A stretch of DNA of 64,000 bases from Acidobacteriota bacterium (lineage in GTDB: Bacteria; Acidobacteriota; Vicinamibacteria; Marinacidobacterales; Marinacidobacteraceae), in the NCBI GenBank assembly GCA_009835985.1, contig VXWI01000115.1:11145-75144 (forward strand). The letters run 5' to 3'. The notes beneath the pieces are model-generated. The model was given only the letters and a program-made list of their open reading frames with translations, ran no database searches and had not been told where the DNA came from. A program made the position numbers and the translations under genes. Of this stretch, positions 28,895 to 38,840 are shown piece by piece. Each line of letters opens with the position of its first letter. The first letter of the stretch is position 1.

Positions 28895-30505
28895 ATGCGC
28901 CGTCTTCTGCCGTTCCCCACCGCCCTCGTGGGTGGGGCGCTTGCCGCCCTGGCCCTGTTGCTCCCCGCCCGCGGCGATTCCGGGCAGCCCCGTGAGATCG
29001 AACTCACCACCGCCACGATCGCCGAGATCCATGAGGCGGTGGATGCCGGCGCGCTGACCGCCGAGCGGCTCGTCGAGCTGTGTCTCGCGCGGATCACGGC
29101 CTACGACGATCAGGGGCCGCGGATCAACGCCGTCATCTCGGTGAATCCGAACGCCCGGCAGCGGGCTCGGGAGCTGGACGCCGAGCGGGAGCGGTCGGGG
29201 CGCCGCTCACCGCTGCACGGGATCCCGGTCCTCCTCAAGGACAACTTCGACACCGCGGACATCCCCACCACCGCGGGATCCTTCCTGCTGCAGGATTCGC
29301 GCCCCCCGGACGATGCCTTCGTGGTGCGGAAGCTGCGAGAGGCTGGCGCGATCGTGCTGGCCAAGGTGAACCTGAGCGAGTTCGCCTCCGGGGGCGCCAT
29401 GAGTTCGCTCGGCGGGATCACCCGGAACCCGCACGATCCCGCTCGCACCCCCGCCGGTTCTTCGGGTGGCACCGGCGCCGCGGTGGCGGCCGGATACGGT
29501 TTCGTCGGGCTGGGTTCCGACACCGGCGGTTCCATTCGCGGCCCCTCCACCGCGAACGGACTGGCCGGTCTCAAACCGACGCTGGGGCTCCTGAGCCGCG
29601 ACGGCATCGTGCCGCTGGCGCTCTCCTTCGACACCGGCGGACCGATGGCGCGCAGCGTGTACGACGTGGCGGTCTCGCTCGGAACGATGGTGGGCGTGGA
29701 CGAGGCGGACGCCGCGACGTCGAGGAGCGCCGGGCAGTTCCACCACGACTACACCCAGTTCCTGGACCAGGAGGCGCTGTCCGGGGCGCGCCTCGGCGTA
29801 GCCCGCGATTTCATGGGCGCCGACCGCGAGGTGGACTGGGCGATTGAGGCGGCGCTCGATGCGATGCGCGACGCCGGGGCCGAGGTCGTGGACGTGCGCT
29901 TTCCGGAGTGGCTGCTCGAGGTCGAGAGCGACTTCTACCTGGCGGTGCGCTGGCCGGAGTTCCGCAAGCAGATCGCGGAGTACCTGCAGGGCCTCGGTGA
30001 CGGCTATCCGCAGACGCTCGACGAGCTGGTCGAGCGCTCCATGCGCCTTCCCTCCCACGGCGACGGGCTGCGTCCCAACCCGGGACGCTGGAGCCTGTTC
30101 CTCCGCGAGAACGCCAGCGGGGAGGTCACCGACTACGCCCACCTTGCGGTGCGGGAGCATGCGCTCCCGTTGGTCCGCACCCTGGTGGAAGGCCTGATGG
30201 ACCAGGAAGACCTCGACGCCATCGTCTATCCGACCTCGCCGACGCGTCCGGCGCTCCTCGATCGGCCGCCGGATCTCTACGGACCCTCGCCCGTACGCCT
30301 CGCCAACATGAGCGGGTTTCCGGACCTGATCGTGCCCGCGGGGTTCACCGGGGGAGGACTCCCGGTGGGCATCTCGTTCCTCGGCCGGGCTTTTAGCGAG
30401 CCTCGCCTGCTGGCCCTCGGCTATGCCTTCGAGCAGCGGGTCAGGGCCCATCGGGTGCCCGCGCACACGCCGCCGCTGCCGGGCGAACGGATCACCATTC
30501 CGTGA
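28895..30505 (+). CDS. Secreted amidase (amidase-signature family).
   Basis: Signal peptide MRRLLPFPTALVGGALAALALLLPARG. Amidase-signature block GGSSGGTGAAVAAGYGFVGLGSDTGGSIRGP and the HGIPVLLKDNFDT motif. 536 aa. Confidence 0.85.
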   Translation: MRRLLPFPTALVGGALAALALLLPARGDSGQPREIELTTATIAEIHEAVDAGALTAERLVELCLARITAYDDQGPRINAVISVNPNARQRARELDAERERSGRRSPLHGIPVLLKDNFDTADIPTTAGSFLLQDSRPPDDAFVVRKLREAGAIVLAKVNLSEFASGGAMSSLGGITRNPHDPARTPAGSSGGTGAAVAAGYGFVGLGSDTGGSIRGPSTANGLAGLKPTLGLLSRDGIVPLALSFDTGGPMARSVYDVAVSLGTMVGVDEADAATSRSAGQFHHDYTQFLDQEALSGARLGVARDFMGADREVDWAIEAALDAMRDAGAEVVDVRFPEWLLEVESDFYLAVRWPEFRKQIAEYLQGLGDGYPQTLDELVERSMRLPSHGDGLRPNPGRWSLFLRENASGEVTDYAHLAVREHALPLVRTLVEGLMDQEDLDAIVYPTSPTRPALLDRPPDLYGPSPVRLANMSGFPDLIVPAGFTGGGLPVGISFLGRAFSEPRLLALGYAFEQRVRAHRVPAHTPPLPGERITIP

Positions 30506-30519
30506 TCCCGTAGCACTCC

Positions 30520-31470
30520 TTAATCCGGGATTCTCAACACCCCTTCGGCGACCTCCACGGCCTGCCCGCCGACGCGAACCAGCGAGGGCTGGCCGCCTTC
30601 GCGTTCGACCTCGACGTGGATCGAACTGGGACGACCCATCTCGTAGCCCTGTTCGATCACGAGGCGGACCGGGTCCCGGCCGCCGTTCTTCGCGAGTCCG
30701 TGCCGGACCAGCCAGGCGCCCAGCGCGCCCGCGGCGCTGCCGGTCGCCGGGTCTTCGTGCACGCCGAGTCCCGGGGCGAACATCCGGGCGTGCGCGGCGC
30801 TGTCTTCCCCGACGCACTGGGTCGAGAAGACCATCATGCAGTCGGAGCCGATCTCCTCGCGGTTGAGCAGCGCCTGCGCGGCCGCCGGGTCCAGTTCGAG
30901 CTTCTCGATGCTGCGCAGCGACCGCACCGGCACCATCAACTGGGGAAGCGCGGTCGAGACCACCTGCGCCGGCCGTCCGTCGGGAAGGAGCTCGTCGGCC
31001 CCGATACCGAGACAGCCGGCGAGGGAACTCCGATCCGTGAACTCGGCGAAGAAGCGGGGGGGCGCCTGGGTCATGACGACCTGCTCCACCTCGCCCCTAC
31101 GAACCCGGATGTCCACCGGAAGCACCCCGGCGCCGCATTCCTGGTGGATGCGGTGGACGCCGGTGCCGAGGGTGCCGAGCGCCTCGCCGAGGCCCAGTTC
31201 TCCGCGCCGGGCGAGTACGAAGAAGGTGCCCACCACGGGATGGCCCGCGAGCGGCAGTTCCGTGTTGGGGGTGAAGATGCGAAGGCGGCAGAGCGCCTGC
31301 ACGTCGGTCGGCGGCAGCACGAACGCGGTCTCCGAGAGGTTCATCTCGGCGGCGATCCGCTGCATCTCCTCGCCCGACAGCCCTTCGGCGCCGGTGACGA
31401 TGGCCAGCGGATTCCCGGCGAACGCGCGGTCGGTGAAGACGTCCGCCTGAAGGAACCGGTACTCGCGCAC
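30520..31470 (-). CDS. PhzF-family isomerase (phenazine biosynthesis protein PhzF-like).
   Basis: YRFLQADVFTDRAFAGNPLAIV... matches the PhzF/YddE N-terminus. GTG start at 31470, 14 nt downstream of the rnhA stop. The longer ORF in the track overlaps rnhA and is an artefact. Confidence 0.7.
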   Translation of the reverse strand: MREYRFLQADVFTDRAFAGNPLAIVTGAEGLSGEEMQRIAAEMNLSETAFVLPPTDVQALCRLRIFTPNTELPLAGHPVVGTFFVLARRGELGLGEALGTLGTGVHRIHQECGAGVLPVDIRVRRGEVEQVVMTQAPPRFFAEFTDRSSLAGCLGIGADELLPDGRPAQVVSTALPQLMVPVRSLRSIEKLELDPAAAQALLNREEIGSDCMMVFSTQCVGEDSAAHARMFAPGLGVHEDPATGSAAGALGAWLVRHGLAKNGGRDPVRLVIEQGYEMGRPSSIHVEVEREGGQPSLVRVGGQAVEVAEGVLRIPD

Positions 31471-31483
31471 GAACGCCCCGAGT

Positions 31484-31969
31484 CTATCCGCTGGGGGGAA
31501 AGAGCCGGCCGCTCCGGTTGGGCCCGGGCGCCTGCCGCCCTTGCCTTGCGGCTGCTTCCGAAGCGAGGTCATGGGCTCTTTCGTTTCCGGGGTGGCCGGC
31601 ATGGCCCGGGACCCACTCGAAACGAACGCCGGGCCGCCTGGCGCGCGCGGCGGCCAGCCGCCGCCAGAGGTCGGCGTTCTTGACCGGGCGGCGGCTCGCA
31701 GTCTGCCAGCCGCGCCGGACCCAGGACGGAAGCCACTGGGTGATGCCCTTGACCACGTACTGGCTGTCGCACGACACCGTGGCCGAGGCGCCGTCCGGCA
31801 CCGCTTCCACGGCCCGGATCGCGGCCGTGAGCTCCATGCGGTTGTTCGTGGTGTTCGGTTCACCGCCGGAGAGGACCCGTTCCTCTCCGGCATCGGTCAG
31901 GATCACCGCCGCCCACCCTCCCGGCCCGGGGTTCCCGAGGCAGGAGCCGTCGCACGCGATCTGCAACAT
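31484..31969 (-). CDS. rnhA: Ribonuclease HI.
   Basis: MLQIACDGSCLGNPGPGGWAAVI...TNNRMELTAAIRAVEA...VSCDSQYVVKGITQWLPSW...FEWVPGHAGHPGNERAHDLA carries the canonical RNase H catalytic residues. 161 aa. Confidence 0.9.
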   Translation of the reverse strand: MLQIACDGSCLGNPGPGGWAAVILTDAGEERVLSGGEPNTTNNRMELTAAIRAVEAVPDGASATVSCDSQYVVKGITQWLPSWVRRGWQTASRRPVKNADLWRRLAAARARRPGVRFEWVPGHAGHPGNERAHDLASEAAARQGRQAPGPNRSGRLFPPSG

Positions 31970-32011
31970 CCGCTGGGTATCCTATGTGGCGGGTTCCCTC
32001 TCCCCGTTCGG

Positions 32012-32569
32012 ATGTCCTGGATTCACATGGTTCCGCCCAGCGCCCCCGAGGGGCAGGCGGGGCGGCTCGGGGAGCTCTACCGGCGGCACCGCCGTCCCGA
32101 CGGACTGGTGGACAACATCCTGAGGGTGTCCAGCCTCAATCCGGAAGCGCTGGAGCACCACCTGTCGCTCTACGAGCACCTGATGCGGGGCGAATCGGGC
32201 CTCAGCCTCGCCGAACGGGAACTGATCGCGGTCGCCGTCTCGGTAGTCAACGACTGCCACTATTGAATCGAGCATCACCGGAGAGGTCTTCTCCGGCTGA
32301 CCCGGGACCCGCAACTGGTGGACGCCCTCCGCCGTGATCCGGAGGGTTGCCCGCTGGCGCCCCGCCAGCGGGCGCTCGCCGACTACGCCATCAAGCTGGC
32401 GCGGACCCCGGGCAGCCTGGTGGAGCAGGACCTCGCGCCCCTCCGAAACGTGGGACTCTCCGATCGCGACATTCACGACGCCTGTGCGGTCGCGTCCTAC
32501 TACTGCTTCGTGAACCGCATGGCGAACGGCCTGGGGGTGGAGCTGGAGGAGACGGAAGCCGGCCGGTAG
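32012..32569 (+). CDS. Carboxymuconolactone-decarboxylase/AhpD-family (peroxidase-related) protein with an in-frame UGA (32264-32266) at the active-site CxxC position; candidate selenoprotein.
   Basis: ORF 32012-32266 ends ...AVAVSVVNDCHY-TGA. The same frame continues as IEHHRRG... and joins the track ORF 32318-32569 (both in frame with 32012), giving a contiguous 185-aa CMD domain. The motif becomes VNDCHY-U-IEHH, corresponding to the family's CxxC-x3-H. Confidence 0.6.
32278..32296 (+). promoter_or_regulatory. Candidate bacterial SECIS hairpin (ccggaga-GGUCU-tctccgg), 11 nt 3' of the in-frame UGA.
   Basis: 7-bp perfect stem with apical loop GGUCU. The loop resembles the E. coli fdhF SECIS apical loop (cagGUCUg), and the 11-nt UGA-to-hairpin spacing matches it. 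Confidence 0.5.
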
Positions 32570-32680
32570 CCCGGATAGCGCACCGGCCTGGAACGCCGGT
32601 CTCCAGACCGGCACCGCGGCGCTCCGCACCGCGCACGTCGCAACCCCACCCACCCTCATGACGAGGTCCGGGAGTACGCG

Positions 32681-34624
32681 CTACGGACCTCCGGGGCCGC
32701 CCTGAACCGCGGCGTCGAGGCGTTCGAGTTCCTCGTAGAGGGCCGGCAGCCGGCTCTTCAGATCCTCGTAGGTGGCCGTGACTTCCCGGGATCCCTCGCG
32801 GTCGCCGAAGAAACCGGGCGCCGCCATCCGCGCTTCCAGGCTTTCGACGGCGGCCTCGGTGTCCGCGATCGCCTCGAACACCTCGCGCCACTCGCGCCGC
32901 AGCTGCCGCAGCCGGTTCTTCCCGGGCGGCCGGGGCGCGCCGGCCCTGCCCGCCGGCTTCGCGGTTCGCTTCGGTCGTTTCGCCGCGGCCGCTGCGGCCG
33001 CCGCGGCCGCCGGGGGAGCCGCCGCCGCGGGTTCCGGCGGCGTGACCCGCGCGAGGTAGTCCGAGTAGTTGCCCCAGTAGAGGGCCGCCCCGCCACCGCC
33101 GATCGCGGCCACCCGGGTGGCCAGCGCGTCCATGAAGTACCGGTCGTGGGCGACGAACACGATGGTGCCCTGGTAGTTCGAAAGGGCGTTCAGGAGCGCC
33201 CGCTTGGCGTCGAGGTCGAGATGGTTGGTCGGCTCGTCGAGGAGGAGGAGATTCGCGGGACGAAGGAACAGGCGGGCCAGCGCCAGACGGCTTCGTTCGC
33301 CGCCGGAGAGGACCGCCGTCTTCTTCTCCACGGTCTCTCCCGAGAACAGGAACGCACCCAGGATGTTGCGGATCTCCGGGAGCATGGCGAGCGGCGCCGC
33401 GTCGGCCATGGTCTCCCGCACCGTGCGGTCCGGATCGAGGTCGTGCCGGTCCGGCCCGTAGTAGGCGATGCGGACGTTGTGGCCCAGTTCCCGATTGCCG
33501 GCGTCCAGGCCTTCCTCACCGGCGATCAGCCGGATGAGGGTGGATTTCCCGGCGCCGTTCGGCCCGACGAGCGCCAGGCGCTGGCCGCGCTCCACGACGA
33601 GGTCCACATTCCGGAACACCTCGTTGGTCCCGAAGGCCTTGGAGACCGCGGTGAGCGTGACGAGCACCCGCCCGGAACGTGGCGGATGCGGCAGGCGCAG
33701 GGCCACCCGCCGGGGCTCGGGCGGCACCTCGATCCGCTCGATCTTCTCGAGCATGCGGACCCGGCTCTGGACCTGCCGCGCGCGGCTGGCCTGATAGCGG
33801 AACCGGTTGATGAAGCGTTCGTTCCGCTCGATCTCGGCGGCCTGCTCGGCGGCCCGCTTGCGCAGGTCGGCGATCTCGGCGGCCCGCTGGGTCTCGTAAC
33901 GACTGTAGGTGCCCGGATAGTTGCCGAGCCGGCCCAGCCCGATCTCGGTGATCCGGGTCACCACGGAGTCGAGGAAGTAGCGGTCGTGGGCGACCAGTAC
34001 CAGGCCGCCGCGGTGCCGGGCGAGGAAACCGAGCAGCCAGGTGCGGGCCTCGATGTCCAGGTAATTCGTGGGCTCGTCGAGGAGGACGAGGTCGTTCGCC
34101 TCGACGAGCAGCCGGGCGAGGGCGATGCGCATCTGCCAGCCCTGGCTGAAGGTCTCCACGGGGCGGTCCTCGTCCCCGGCCGCGAATCCCAGGCCGGAGA
34201 GGACCTCGCTGATGCGGGTGTCCATCTCGTACCCGCCCCGGCGCTGCCACTCATCTTCCAGTTCTCCGTAGCGGGCGACGAGTTCGGGCTGCTCCGGGGT
34301 CTCCGCGAGCGCGTCCGCCACCTCCTCCTGTTCGCGCCGCATCCGGAGCAGGTCGGCGAAGGCGGTCCGCACCTCCCCGGCAACGGTGCGGTCCCCGAGG
34401 CTCAGTCCCTCCTGGGGCAGGTACCCGACGCGTTTCCGCCTGGCCAGCACCACCTTTCCGGCGTCGGGACGCACCAGTCCCGCAAGGATCTTCAGTAGGG
34501 TGGTCTTGCCCGACCCGTTGGGTCCGACCAGACCGACGCGGTCGCCGTCGCCGACCTGCCAGGAGACCTCACGGAGAAGGACCTGTTCTCCGTAGGCCTT
34601 GGTGGCCTCGACGAGCTGGATCAT
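32681..34624 (-). CDS. ABC-F family ATPase (Uup-like; two ABC domains plus C-terminal coiled-coil/basic tail).
   Basis: Two Walker A motifs (GPNGSGKTTLLK; GPNGAGKSTLIR), two LSGGE signatures, no transmembrane domain, and an Ala/Lys-rich C-terminal extension. 647 aa. Confidence 0.85.
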   Translation of the reverse strand: MIQLVEATKAYGEQVLLREVSWQVGDGDRVGLVGPNGSGKTTLLKILAGLVRPDAGKVVLARRKRVGYLPQEGLSLGDRTVAGEVRTAFADLLRMRREQEEVADALAETPEQPELVARYGELEDEWQRRGGYEMDTRISEVLSGLGFAAGDEDRPVETFSQGWQMRIALARLLVEANDLVLLDEPTNYLDIEARTWLLGFLARHRGGLVLVAHDRYFLDSVVTRITEIGLGRLGNYPGTYSRYETQRAAEIADLRKRAAEQAAEIERNERFINRFRYQASRARQVQSRVRMLEKIERIEVPPEPRRVALRLPHPPRSGRVLVTLTAVSKAFGTNEVFRNVDLVVERGQRLALVGPNGAGKSTLIRLIAGEEGLDAGNRELGHNVRIAYYGPDRHDLDPDRTVRETMADAAPLAMLPEIRNILGAFLFSGETVEKKTAVLSGGERSRLALARLFLRPANLLLLDEPTNHLDLDAKRALLNALSNYQGTIVFVAHDRYFMDALATRVAAIGGGGAALYWGNYSDYLARVTPPEPAAAAPPAAAAAAAAAAKRPKRTAKPAGRAGAPRPPGKNRLRQLRREWREVFEAIADTEAAVESLEARMAAPGFFGDREGSREVTATYEDLKSRLPALYEELERLDAAVQGGPGGP

Positions 34625-34754
34625 GGTTGTCTACGGAGCTGCTGCGCCGGGAACCGTATCGCGGGGAACGGCCCGCTCACGCCCGTCCCGGTTCCGCATG
34701 GAAACCGCTTCCGCCGATCGGCGTGGGCGCCACGTTGGTCATAATGGGGGATCC

Positions 34755-37700
34755 ATGTTCCGGAGCGTCCAGTCCCGTCTCTTCTGGCTCCTGCCGCTCG
34801 CGGCGGCCGTCGTCCTGTCTTCCGTCGGCGCCCAGACGCAGCAACAGCAGGCGGAGGCCGGGATGAGCCGCGGGGTGGCGCTGCTCGAGCAGTTCCGGTT
34901 CTCGGACGCCGCCACCGAGTTCGCGCGCGTGGTGGATCTCCGGCCCGAGTCGGCGGCGGCCCATGTGAACCTCGGGATCGCCTGGTTCAACGAGCGCGAC
35001 TTCCTTGCCGCCCGCGCCTCCTTCGCCCGAGCCCTCGATCTCGACCCCGACGGGCTCCACGCGCTCTACAACCTGGGCCTCATCGAAAAGCTCGAAGGCA
35101 ACACCGACGCGGCGCTCGCCGCCTTCCGGCAGGTCGCCGAAGCCGATCCCGACGACGCGATGACGCAGTACTACCTGGGCGCCGCCTACGCCGCGGTCGG
35201 CCGTCTGGAGGAGGCCGAGGCCGCCCTGCGCACCGCGATCCAGCTCCAGCCGGAGCATGAGTCCGCGCACTTCAGCCTGGGGAACGTCCTCGTGCGTGCC
35301 GGCCGCCGGGAAGAGGGCCGCGCCCAGTTGATGCTGTTCCAGGAGCTGAAGAACAGCTTTTCCGGGGGCGGGGTCTCCGCCGGGCTCCAGTACACCGAGC
35401 TTGGGCCCTATGCGGAGGCGGTCGAGGAGCGTCCGGTCTCGCTTCACGGCGCCCAGGGCCAACCGGCGCCGACGGGTCAGGTGCGTTTTTCGGAGGCGAC
35501 CGGGGAATGGAACTTGGCGCTGCCGGCTGCGGGCGCGCCGCCGGATCCTCCCGTGACCCTGAGAGCGGAGGACTACTCGGCCGACTGGGTAGCGGCGAAC
35601 CTGCTGCCCCCACTCGGTTCGGGCGTCGCGATCCGCGACCTGGACGCGGACGGCCGGCCGGAGGTCCTGTTCGTCAGGGACGGGAGTGTGGTCTTGTTCC
35701 GGAACACGGGGGATGGCTTCGAGCCCTGGGCGGACTCCGGGCTCGAAACGGACGGGGCGGTCAGCGTGACCGTCGGTGACGTGAACCTCGACGGAGCTCC
35801 CGACGTCTACGCGGCGGGCGTCGGCCCGAACGCGCTCTTCTGGAACCGGTCGGGTGAGGCCGGGGCGCTCTTCGCCAGGGCGGACGCCTCGGGAGCCGAG
35901 GGAGACGACCTCTCGGTGGGCGCCACCTTCGCCGACTTCGATCACGACGGCGACCTCGACATTCAGGTTTCCAACTACGCCCCGGCTTCGCTCGCGGCGC
36001 TCGACGGTGTCCCGGAGGTCCTCCGCGTTCCGGACGATCTTCCGGGGGCCCCCAACCGTCTCTACCGGAACAACGGGGACGGCAGCTTCACGGACGTCGC
36101 GCTGGAGACCCGGACGGACGGCGGGGCGCGGCGCAGTCTCTTCGCGCTGTTCTCCGACTGGGACGACGACCGCGACGTGGACTTCCTGGTGGTGAATGAC
36201 GGCAGCCCGGTGCAGGTCTTCTCGAACGACCGCATCGGAACGTTCACCGAGAGCTCGGAGGCCTGGGGCGTCGAGACGGCGAGACGGATGCGGGGAGCCG
36301 CGGCCGCCGATTACGACCGGGACGGCTTCTTCGACCTGCTGCTTTCGGCCGAGGGAAGCGCGTTGAACATGCTGCTGCGGGGATCCGGACCCGACGGGTT
36401 CTCTCCGGACATCGGGTCCCCCTTCCTGCTGCGCGCCGGCGTGCCCGGGGCCCGGTACGGGGTCTCGTTCCTCGATGCCGACCACGACATGGATCTGGAC
36501 CTCCTCATGGCCACCTCCGGCGCCGACGGGCCTCTGACCCTCTATGAGAACTCGCCCGCCGGGTTCTCACGCGCCGGAGCGGTTTCCGCCGGGCTCGACT
36601 CCGGCGAGGAGCCGCGGGCGCTCGCCACCGGGGACCTCGACGGTGATGGAGATCTCGACGCCGTGATCGGCACCACCCGGGGCCGCATCTTCGCCTTCCG
36701 GAACGATCAGGCCGGGTCCGGAAACTGGATGGCGGTCAGCCCGCGGGGCCTGCGCAGCAATCTGGACGGGGTCGGCACCAAGATCGAGGTCCGGGTCGCC
36801 GGGGTGAGCCAGCGCCGGCAGGTGCGGACCACATCGGGATACCTGTCGCAGAGCGATCTTCCCGTCCACTTCGGGCTGGGGGACGCGGTCGCGGCCGACT
36901 ACGTCCGCTTCCTCTGGCCGGGAGGGGTGAAGCAGGTCGAGCTGGACGTGCCGGCCCTGGCCGTGGCGTCGGTCGAGGAGCTGAACCGGAAGGGCACGTC
37001 CTGTCCCGTCCTCTACGCCTGGGACGGACAGCGGATCCGCTTCGTCACCGATTTCCTGGGCGGCAGCGCGCTCGGCAACCTTCTCGCGCCCGGTACCTAC
37101 AACTTCCCGGACACCGCGGAAGTCGTGAAGATGGAAGCGTTTCCGCTCGTCCCCAGGGACGGGGCCTACGAGATGCGCTGGGTGAACCAGCTCGAAGAGG
37201 TCATCTTCTACGACCGGGCGGCGCTTTGGGTGGTGGATCATCCGGAAGAGGCGGACGTGTTCCCGCTCGAGCGCCTGATGCCGGGCCCCCCGTATCCCGA
37301 CCCGGGACTGATCGCGGTCCGGAACCGGCGGGCTCCCTCCCGTGCTTCGTCTTCGACGGCCGCGGGGGAGCGGGAGGTGACCGCGGCGCTCGCCCGCGTG
37401 GACCGGGACTACGTCGACGACTTCGCCCTTCTGCCCTTCAAGGGATACGCCGAGACCCACGACCTGACCCTCACGTTCGAGGGGGTGCGCCCCGGCGTCC
37501 CCCAGGTCCTCCTGCTCTACGGTTGGGTGGACTACGCCGATTCGAGTTCCAACCTCGCGGCTTCCCACGCAGGAGTCGGAGCCCAGCCGCCGATCCTGGA
37601 GATCGCCGACGGGGACGGTTTCCGCCTCGCCACCGACCGGATGGGATTCCCGGCAGGCCTGCCCAAGACGATGGTGGTGCCCCTGAATGACCTCGCGGTC

Positions 37701-38351
37701 GAGAGCGGGCGGCCGCTCAGGATCCGGACCAACATGCGCATCTACTGGGACCGGATCGAGCTTGCCGAGGTCGCCGACGTCCCGCTTCAGGAGTGGCGGC
37801 TCGACGCCCAGACGGCGGGGTTCGGCTTCGCGGGGTATCCCGAACCGCATCGGCCCCGCGGCATCCCGCCCACCGAGTACCGCTACGGGACGCGCGCGGC
37901 GCGGGACATCTGGGGCGCCCATGAAGGGGAGTACACGAGGTACGGGGACGTGCTGCCCCTCCTCGACGAGATCGACGACCGCTACGTCATCGCCCGGCAC
38001 GGAGATGAGCTGCGGCTCCGGTTCGACGCTCGGCAGGTCCCGCCGCCGGCCCCCGGGACCCGCCGTTCGTTCTTCGCGTTCGCCGACGGTTTCGGAAAGG
38101 ACATGGATCTGAACTCCGCCCGGCCGCACACGATCGAGCCGCTGCCGTTCCGCGGGATGCCGAGCTACCCGTATCCCCCGGACGCCTATCCGGACACCGA
38201 GGAGTTGGCGCGCTGGCGCGCCGAATACAACACCCGGCGGATCGGCCCCGAGGGGCGGCACGGGTTCCTCGAGGACGGCGAGACACCGATCGAAACCACC
38301 GGGGCGCCGGGCGGACCCGGTGCCGGCCGGGAGCGGCCGCGCCAGCGCTAA
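34755..38351 (+). CDS. Secreted TPR + FG-GAP/VCBS repeat + ASPIC/UnbV-domain protein (CRTAC1 family).
   Basis: Signal peptide LFWLLPLAAAVVLSSVGAQ. N-terminal TPRs. Seven or more D-x-D-x-D-G calcium-binding FG-GAP-like repeats (DLDADGRPEV, GDVNLDGAPDVY, FDHDGDLDIQ, ...). ASPIC/UnbV signature SGYLSQSDLPVHFGLG. 1198 aa. Confidence 0.75.
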   Translation: MFRSVQSRLFWLLPLAAAVVLSSVGAQTQQQQAEAGMSRGVALLEQFRFSDAATEFARVVDLRPESAAAHVNLGIAWFNERDFLAARASFARALDLDPDGLHALYNLGLIEKLEGNTDAALAAFRQVAEADPDDAMTQYYLGAAYAAVGRLEEAEAALRTAIQLQPEHESAHFSLGNVLVRAGRREEGRAQLMLFQELKNSFSGGGVSAGLQYTELGPYAEAVEERPVSLHGAQGQPAPTGQVRFSEATGEWNLALPAAGAPPDPPVTLRAEDYSADWVAANLLPPLGSGVAIRDLDADGRPEVLFVRDGSVVLFRNTGDGFEPWADSGLETDGAVSVTVGDVNLDGAPDVYAAGVGPNALFWNRSGEAGALFARADASGAEGDDLSVGATFADFDHDGDLDIQVSNYAPASLAALDGVPEVLRVPDDLPGAPNRLYRNNGDGSFTDVALETRTDGGARRSLFALFSDWDDDRDVDFLVVNDGSPVQVFSNDRIGTFTESSEAWGVETARRMRGAAAADYDRDGFFDLLLSAEGSALNMLLRGSGPDGFSPDIGSPFLLRAGVPGARYGVSFLDADHDMDLDLLMATSGADGPLTLYENSPAGFSRAGAVSAGLDSGEEPRALATGDLDGDGDLDAVIGTTRGRIFAFRNDQAGSGNWMAVSPRGLRSNLDGVGTKIEVRVAGVSQRRQVRTTSGYLSQSDLPVHFGLGDAVAADYVRFLWPGGVKQVELDVPALAVASVEELNRKGTSCPVLYAWDGQRIRFVTDFLGGSALGNLLAPGTYNFPDTAEVVKMEAFPLVPRDGAYEMRWVNQLEEVIFYDRAALWVVDHPEEADVFPLERLMPGPPYPDPGLIAVRNRRAPSRASSSTAAGEREVTAALARVDRDYVDDFALLPFKGYAETHDLTLTFEGVRPGVPQVLLLYGWVDYADSSSNLAASHAGVGAQPPILEIADGDGFRLATDRMGFPAGLPKTMVVPLNDLAVESGRPLRIRTNMRIYWDRIELAEVADVPLQEWRLDAQTAGFGFAGYPEPHRPRGIPPTEYRYGTRAARDIWGAHEGEYTRYGDVLPLLDEIDDRYVIARHGDELRLRFDARQVPPPAPGTRRSFFAFADGFGKDMDLNSARPHTIEPLPFRGMPSYPYPPDAYPDTEELARWRAEYNTRRIGPEGRHGFLEDGETPIETTGAPGGPGAGRERPRQR

Positions 38352-38353
38352 CC

Positions 38354-38827
38354 ATGCCCAGAGACACCCTGCGCGCCGAGCTCTACCGGTTGCTCTTTGA
38401 CGACCGGCAGGGGGCGGCGGCGTTTCTGGCGCCGCGGATGCTGGCCGACCCGCAGTCGCTCACCCCGGAAGTGCGCTGGTGTTTGATCTACCTGCTACGC
38501 GGGATCCGCTCGGTTGCGGCGAGCAGCCGCCTGCTGGAACCCGACTCGGTGCTCCACCTGGTGGCGCACACGGTGGAGGCCGCGCGCCGGACGACGGCCG
38601 GTATCGATGGGCACTGGTATGAGATCGCGCGAGAACTACCAGGCCACTGGTTGCGGCGCTACGAGCGGGGAGAGGTCCGGTACTCGCTGGACGAACTCCG
38701 CTACCTGAACGTGCTGCTCGCCCGGTTGTGGTTCGTGGAGCGGCAACGGATCGCCTTCATGGACCCGCCGCTGCTCCCGCGCTACCTGCGCCCGGAGGGG
38801 ACGGAGGCGATGCTTCCCGCGGGGTGA
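38354..38827 (+). CDS. Hypothetical protein.
   Basis: 157-aa ORF starting 3 nt after the CRTAC1-family gene stop. No family recognised. Confidence 0.4.
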   Translation: MPRDTLRAELYRLLFDDRQGAAAFLAPRMLADPQSLTPEVRWCLIYLLRGIRSVAASSRLLEPDSVLHLVAHTVEAARRTTAGIDGHWYEIARELPGHWLRRYERGEVRYSLDELRYLNVLLARLWFVERQRIAFMDPPLLPRYLRPEGTEAMLPAG

Positions 38828-38840
38828 CCCCGCAGGAACG

